From Candidatus Xenobia bacterium (GTDB taxonomy: Bacteria; Vulcanimicrobiota; Xenobia; Xenobiales; QWHO01), in contig BTUM01000062.1 in assembly GCA_045863235.1 (NCBI GenBank), forward strand, positions 1 through 48,038: a stretch of DNA of 48,038 bases, written 5' to 3'. Below, one piece after another: positions 43,623 to 48,038 of the stretch. The first letter of the stretch is position 1, and each line of letters starts with the position of its first letter. Under the pieces are notes generated by a model. That model had not been told where the DNA came from, ran no database searches, and saw only the letters and a program-made list of their open reading frames with translations. A program made the position numbers and the translations under genes.

Positions 43623-46535
43623 CTAGTCGCCGCGCGGGCGGCGCCGACGCGGAGCGCGCCGGGCGCGATCAGGCTCGGAAGCAGAGGCGCCGTTCTGGTC
43701 GCCTTCCCACTCGGGAGCCGGACGGGGGCGGTCGTAGTCCTCGCGGGGCCGCGAGGGGCGCTCTTCGCGCACGGGCCTTACATCCTCACGCGAGCCGCGA
43801 TAGTCGTCCCGGGGAGGACGCTCATAGCGGAAGTCGTCGCGGGGAGGACGATAGTCTTCACGGCTGCTCTCTCCTCGGCGAGGGGGGGGAGGTGGGGCCT
43901 CGCCCCGGCCACGGGGGGCACGGTCGAAGTCTTCCCGCGAGCGTCGCGGCTCGAAGTCTTCGCGCGGCGGGCGCTGGTAGCTGTCCCGCTCACGGGAGGG
44001 AGGGGGAGCGGGACGCTCATAGCCTTCCCGGGAGGGACGAGGAGGACGCTCTGCGCTGCGGGGCGGACGCTCGTCGCGAAAACGATCTTCGCGAGGTGGA
44101 CGCTCATCTCGAAACTCGCGGGACGGGCGGTCCTCTCGACTGCGCTCCTCGCGGCGAGGCCGATCTTCACGCGGTTCGCGCGGCGCACGCGCGGCTCGCT
44201 CTTCGCGCGGGGGGCGCTCCTCGCGGGGCGGGCGCTCTTCCCGGGGCGGGCGCTCTTCCCGAGGTGGGCGCTCTTCCCGAGGTGGACGGTCGCCACGGTC
44301 TGCGCGCTCCTCGCGGCCGCGTCCCCGACCACGATCCCCACGATCCCCACGATCGCCACGGTCGCGTGGGCCACGGTCGTCGCGGTCCTCACGAGGTTCC
44401 TTCTTGAGGCCGGGACGGGATAGATTGATGCGACCCATGGAGTCGATCTCGTCCACAACGATCTCGATGGTATCACCCAGCGATACCACGTCCTCGACCT
44501 TTTCCACCCGGCCAGCGGCCAGCTTGGAGATGTGCAGCAGGCCCTCCTTGCCGGGCAAGAGCTCGACAAAGGCGCCAAAGCTCATGATGCGCATGACCTT
44601 GCCGGTGAATACCTCGCCCACCTGGACTTCGCGAGTGAGGTCTTCGATCATCTTGGCGGCTCGATCACCAGCCAGGCGGTCCACCGAGGCTACGAAGATG
44701 CGTCCATCGTTCTCGATGTCGATCTTGGCGCCTGTCTCGGCGATGATCTTGTTGATCACGCGGCCGCCCGGGCCGATGATCTCTTTGATCTTGTCGGGGT
44801 CGATGGTGATGGTGAAGATGCGTGGCGCCAGGGGATTGAGCTCCGTGCGGGGAGCTGGGATGCAGGCTTCCATCACGTCGAGGATCTGGAAGCGGGCCGC
44901 CTTGGCCTGCTCCAGCGCCTGGCGCAGGATCTCCATCGTGATTCCCTTGAGCTTGATGTCCATCTGAAGCGCGGTGATGCCCTCGCGGGTTCCGGCCACT
45001 TTGAAGTCCATCTCGCCCAAAGCGTCTTCCATGCCCTGGATGTCGGTCAGCACAGTGAAGTCGTCGCCCTTGGCCACCAGTCCCATGGCGATGCCGCCCA
45101 CCGGCGACTTGATGGGCACGCCAGCATCCATCAGGGCCAGAGTGCTGCCACAAGTCGACGCCATGGAGGTGGAGCCGTTCGACTCCAACACCTCGCTGAC
45201 GATGCGGATGGTGTAAGGGAAGTCGTTCTCGTCCGGAATAACCGGCACCAGAGCCCGCTCGGCCAGGGCGCCGTGCCCAATCTCGCGTCGGCCCGGGCCA
45301 CGCATGAAGCGAGCCTCGCCCACCGAGAAGGGGGGAAAATTGTAGTGGTGGATGTAACGGCGCGACTCTTCCCCGATGACGTTGTCAAACAACTGCTCGT
45401 CGCTCAGGGTGCTGAGCGTCAGCAGCGACAACACCTGGGTCTGACCACGAGTGAAGAGTCCCGTTCCGTGCACACGCGGCAGCACGCCAACCTGAGACTT
45501 GAGGGCGCGGATCTCGTCAGCCTTGCGACCGTCCGGGCGGCGCCCTTCCTTTACGATCATGGTGACCAGCTCGTCCTCCTGGATCTTTTTGAGGACGTAG
45601 TCGAAGTCGCGGCCAAAGGTGTCAGCTTGCACGCGTTCTTTCCAGGCCGCCGAAGCCTTGGAATCCTTCATCACCTCCTCGGCGAAAGCGGTCTTGTTGA
45701 CCGCGCCCATGGCCTTGTTGCGCTCTTGCTTCTCGACAGTGCGGATGGCCTTGGCCACCCGGTCGGTGATGCGGTCACGTACGAACTTCTCAAAGTCCTC
45801 GGCCGGCTTGAACAAGGTGAACTCAGCCTTGGGCTTGCCCTTTTTCTCGACCAGTTCGTCGATCATCTCGATGATCGAGCGAATGTTCTTTTGGGCTTCC
45901 TCGAAGGCGTCCAGCATGAGTTCCTCGGAAAGTTCGTCGCAGCCGCACTCCACCATCATCAGGTTGTCACGGGTGCCGGCCACCACCAGGTTCATGCTGC
46001 TTTCGGCCATCTGGGCAGTATCGGGATTGACCACGAACTCGCCATCGACGTAGCCGATGCGCACGCCCGCTACTGGGCCCTCGAAGGGGATGTCCGAGAG
46101 CGAGAGTGCCGCTCCCGCGCCAGCAACGGCCAGCACGTCGGGCTCGTTCTTTCCGTCGACCTGCAAGCACATGCCCACCACGTGGACGTCGTTGCGGAAG
46201 CCGTCGGGGAAAAGTGGGCGGATGGGTCGATCGATCAGCCGCGAGGTCAGAATGCAGCGCTCGGGCTGACGACCCTCTCGCTTGATCCAGCCACCCGGCA
46301 GCTTGCCAGCGGCGTACATCTTCTCTTCGTAATCGACTGTCAGGGGAAAGAAGTCGATCCCCTCGCGAGCTTTGTCGTTGGCGGTTGCGGTGACCAGCAC
46401 CACGGTCTCGCCGTAGGTTACCAGCACGGCTCCACCGGCCTGCTTGGCCAGCTCGCCGGTCTCCATGCGCATGATGCGTCCGCCGATCTCTCGCTCGGCG
46501 ACCACCTTCTCGGCGTCTATGACTTGAGTTGCCAT
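43623..46535 (-). CDS. pnp: polyribonucleotide nucleotidyltransferase with long disordered C-terminal tail
   Basis: FFPLTVDY, RLIDRPIRP, RREIGHG, SNGSTSMAS, DFKVAG, KH (IIGPGG) and S1 domains; downstream of rpsO. Confidence 0.98.
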   Translation of the reverse strand: MATQVIDAEKVVAEREIGGRIMRMETGELAKQAGGAVLVTYGETVVLVTATANDKAREGIDFFPLTVDYEEKMYAAGKLPGGWIKREGRQPERCILTSRLIDRPIRPLFPDGFRNDVHVVGMCLQVDGKNEPDVLAVAGAGAALSLSDIPFEGPVAGVRIGYVDGEFVVNPDTAQMAESSMNLVVAGTRDNLMMVECGCDELSEELMLDAFEEAQKNIRSIIEMIDELVEKKGKPKAEFTLFKPAEDFEKFVRDRITDRVAKAIRTVEKQERNKAMGAVNKTAFAEEVMKDSKASAAWKERVQADTFGRDFDYVLKKIQEDELVTMIVKEGRRPDGRKADEIRALKSQVGVLPRVHGTGLFTRGQTQVLSLLTLSTLSDEQLFDNVIGEESRRYIHHYNFPPFSVGEARFMRGPGRREIGHGALAERALVPVIPDENDFPYTIRIVSEVLESNGSTSMASTCGSTLALMDAGVPIKSPVGGIAMGLVAKGDDFTVLTDIQGMEDALGEMDFKVAGTREGITALQMDIKLKGITMEILRQALEQAKAARFQILDVMEACIPAPRTELNPLAPRIFTITIDPDKIKEIIGPGGRVINKIIAETGAKIDIENDGRIFVASVDRLAGDRAAKMIEDLTREVQVGEVFTGKVMRIMSFGAFVELLPGKEGLLHISKLAAGRVEKVEDVVSLGDTIEIVVDEIDSMGRINLSRPGLKKEPREDRDDRGPRDRGDRGDRGDRGRGRGREERADRGDRPPREERPPREERPPREERPPREERPPREERAARAPREPREDRPRREERSREDRPSREFRDERPPREDRFRDERPPRSAERPPRPSREGYERPAPPPSRERDSYQRPPREDFEPRRSREDFDRAPRGRGEAPPPPPRRGESSREDYRPPRDDFRYERPPRDDYRGSREDVRPVREERPSRPREDYDRPRPAPEWEGDQNGASASEPDRARRAPRRRRPRGD
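44196..44285 (-). repeat. 18-bp coding tandem repeat (PPREER x5) in the pnp tail
   Basis: Five synonymous-variant units in frame; nearby 9-bp GDR repeats at about 44330-44360. Confidence 0.85.
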
Positions 46536-46709
46536 TTCTTTCTTTCACCTCGGGTACGTTCTACTTGGTCGCGCTTGCCTGTGCGGAAAAGCCGCCTGCG
46601 CGGTGTGAGGAAGCTTCCTATCTCCTGGAAGCAGGAAAACACCAGCGGGAGCTCTTCCCCTGGTGTCCGGGTTGCCAGCCGTCTATCCTTTCGGCTGAGT
46701 TGGGGGCAT

Positions 46710-46967
46710 CTAGCGGCGCAGACCGAGCTTTTGGATCAGCGTGCGATAGCGCTTGATGTAGTTTTTCTGCAGGTAGTTGAGCAGACGGCGCCGCTTGCCT
46801 ACCATCATGAGCAGTCCCCGCCGAGAGTGATGGTCTTTCTTGTGTACCTTCAAATGCTCGGTAAGATGATTGATCCGATCGCTCAGCAGTGCTACTTGCA
46901 CTTCAGCCGAGCCAGTATCTACCTCATGGGTGCGGTACTGCTCGATAACTTCTCCCTTGGTTGCCAC
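46710..46967 (-). CDS. rpsO: 30S ribosomal protein S15
   Basis: [40 protein letters not shown] start. Confidence 0.98.
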   Translation of the reverse strand: MATKGEVIEQYRTHEVDTGSAEVQVALLSDRINHLTEHLKVHKKDHHSRRGLLMMVGKRRRLLNYLQKNYIKRYRTLIQKLGLRR

Positions 46968-46984
46968 GGGTTAACCTCCATTGA

Positions 46985-47045
46985 GTTGTTACTTCAAGCC
47001 AGGACAGGGTGGGAGGGCACCGCAGTCCTCGCCCTGGTTCAACCC
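46985..47045 (-). promoter_or_regulatory. probable S15 autoregulatory leader
   Basis: Structured 5' UTR (CCAGG...CCTGG stem) between the promoter and the rpsO RBS; function inferred from position. Confidence 0.4.
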
Positions 47046-47049
47046 GGGG

Positions 47050-47079
47050 ATAATACGATAATCCGTTTGGTCGCGTCAA
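47050..47079 (-). promoter_or_regulatory. sigma70 promoter of rpsO-pnp
   Basis: TTGACG-18 bp-TATTAT. Confidence 0.65.
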
Positions 47080-47115
47080 CATTGGGGTGATGTGTGAACG
47101 AATCTCGGGCAAAGA

Positions 47116-47154
47116 GTTAACATGGTGTTTACATCGTTAACATCCCGTTAACAA
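47116..47154 (+). repeat. GTT(A/T)ACA direct-repeat array, probable transcription-factor site
   Basis: Copies start at 47116, 47127, 47136, 47147 (spacing 11, 9, 11). Confidence 0.7.
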
Positions 47155-47238
47155 TCTCCCCTATCGGCCAGGGCCCGGGCAGCCCTATCATACAACCACG
47201 GGAGCACACCCGTGAAGTGATTGAGGAAGTGAACCCAC

Positions 47239-47712
47239 ATGGCCCAGAAAGATCCATTTGAAATCGGTAAGGTCGACGGAGTCGGCTCGGGTGGAGGGGT
47301 TGGACACGTCAGCCCCAGCTATACTCCCCCGGTCGGCGGCGCGGCCAATCGCATTGGAGAAGGTGGCGGTGCATCCGGCGTAGCCGGCACCCAGGCGGCC
47401 AGCGGGATTACCGATAAGGTTCAGTTCTCGCCCGAAGTCGGCGATACGGACGAAGACAACACCGTCAAAGACCAGAACCTGAGCAGCTTGATCAGCGCCC
47501 TCAAAGCGCCCGAGCAGGTCGCCTCCACTCAGAAGGTCAACGAGGTCAACGATGCAGCCGCCATTCAGACGGGCGGCGGTGGACCCCCTCGCTCCAACTA
47601 CGACCCGGGAATGCAGGCTGGGGCCGTGTATGGCTCCAACGGAAGCGTTTCGGGAGTGCAGCCCGGCATGCAAGCCGGCGCCGTGCACTCGACCCGCCCT
47701 CAGAGCGTCTGA
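47239..47712 (+). CDS. low-complexity hypothetical protein
   Basis: GAGG RBS, 157 aa G/S/A-rich, DKVQFS motif, PGMQAGAV twice, terminator downstream. Confidence 0.7.
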   Translation: MAQKDPFEIGKVDGVGSGGGVGHVSPSYTPPVGGAANRIGEGGGASGVAGTQAASGITDKVQFSPEVGDTDEDNTVKDQNLSSLISALKAPEQVASTQKVNEVNDAAAIQTGGGGPPRSNYDPGMQAGAVYGSNGSVSGVQPGMQAGAVHSTRPQSV

Positions 47713-47769
47713 ACCAGAAAAAGTTGTTTGTAGCGCGCGTCCCCGCGCTCGGACCCTCCAGAACCCCTG

Positions 47770-47802
47770 GCCCGGTCTTCACCGACTCGGGCTCTTTTTT
47801 TT
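47770..47802 (+). terminator. intrinsic terminator
   Basis: GCCCGGTC-ttcacc-GACTCGGGC stem with one bulge, then TCTTTTTTTT. Confidence 0.6.
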
Positions 47803-48038
47803 CCCGATGTACCTACGGGGTGGAGGAACAGTGAGCCGCACGGTTGCGGGCAAGAACCGGGCGCGAAAACATTCAAGAGGATTGTTTCGTTGGGCTAGGT
47901 GTGGTCTTGTAAGCCATTGGAAGAGGCTTAGTGGTCCTCGACGGACTTGATTTCGTGAATCATGCGGCGACTGCGGCGAGAGTCCGGTCAGGCTGCGCGG
48001 GAGGTAGTCCGTACTTTTTCCGGAGGTCGTTGGCAGGG

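Noticed and set aside
44196..44360. Tandem repeats as a possible CRISPR array
   Set aside because: No spacers; 18-bp and 9-bp units vary at synonymous positions within the pnp frame; no cas genes
44532..47090. 852-aa plus-strand ORF
   Set aside because: Antisense shadow of pnp/rpsO caused by high-GC codon bias; no recognisable motifs
47803..48038. Non-coding right end with TAAGCC/GGCTTA palindrome and weak IHF-like site (47910-47930), possible CRISPR leader or ncRNA
   Set aside because: Only a 6-bp stem and a partial motif; the downstream context is outside the window

Overview
High-GC (roughly two-thirds GC by eye) bacterial chromosomal segment with no integrase, transposase, CRISPR array or prophage. 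The gene content (several PilZ proteins, hopanoid genes, a LolA-like protein) is compatible with Candidatus Eremiobacterota/Vulcanimicrobiota, but that assignment is inference. The left edge holds a sigma70 promoter and boxA leading into a probable rRNA operon outside the window. Next come a PilZ gene and an MFS/spermidine-synthase/TPR fusion, a PilZ - serine hydrolase - era operon, and a peptidase/dipeptidase/DHH cluster. A closely spaced minus-strand run (19365 to 9455) follows, with four type IV minor pilins, a membrane protein, a GT-C glycosyltransferase and a tandem pair of Hsp90-like GHKL proteins (one intact, one pseudo-ATPase, each with extra beta-sandwich-like domains). Upstream of that run are a CRP-like site and a membrane pseudo-kinase/REC/LuxR fusion. 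The rest comprises an M20 peptidase, a 5'-3' exonuclease, tRNA-Leu(CAA), a hopanoid cluster (hpnH, hpnI, hpnG, hpnA, shc, hpnD), a small Cys-rich gene - archaeal-type coaBC - CYTH operon with apparent ATT and CTG starts, a YcgR-like gene, a second GT-C, an epimerase, a DinB/DUF952 fusion, a LolA-like gene, dinG, pnp with a ~260-aa charged disordered tail, rpsO, and a low-complexity gene behind a GTTAACA repeat array. The best candidate for an undescribed system is the active/pseudo GHKL pair and its link to the pilin/GT-C genes.
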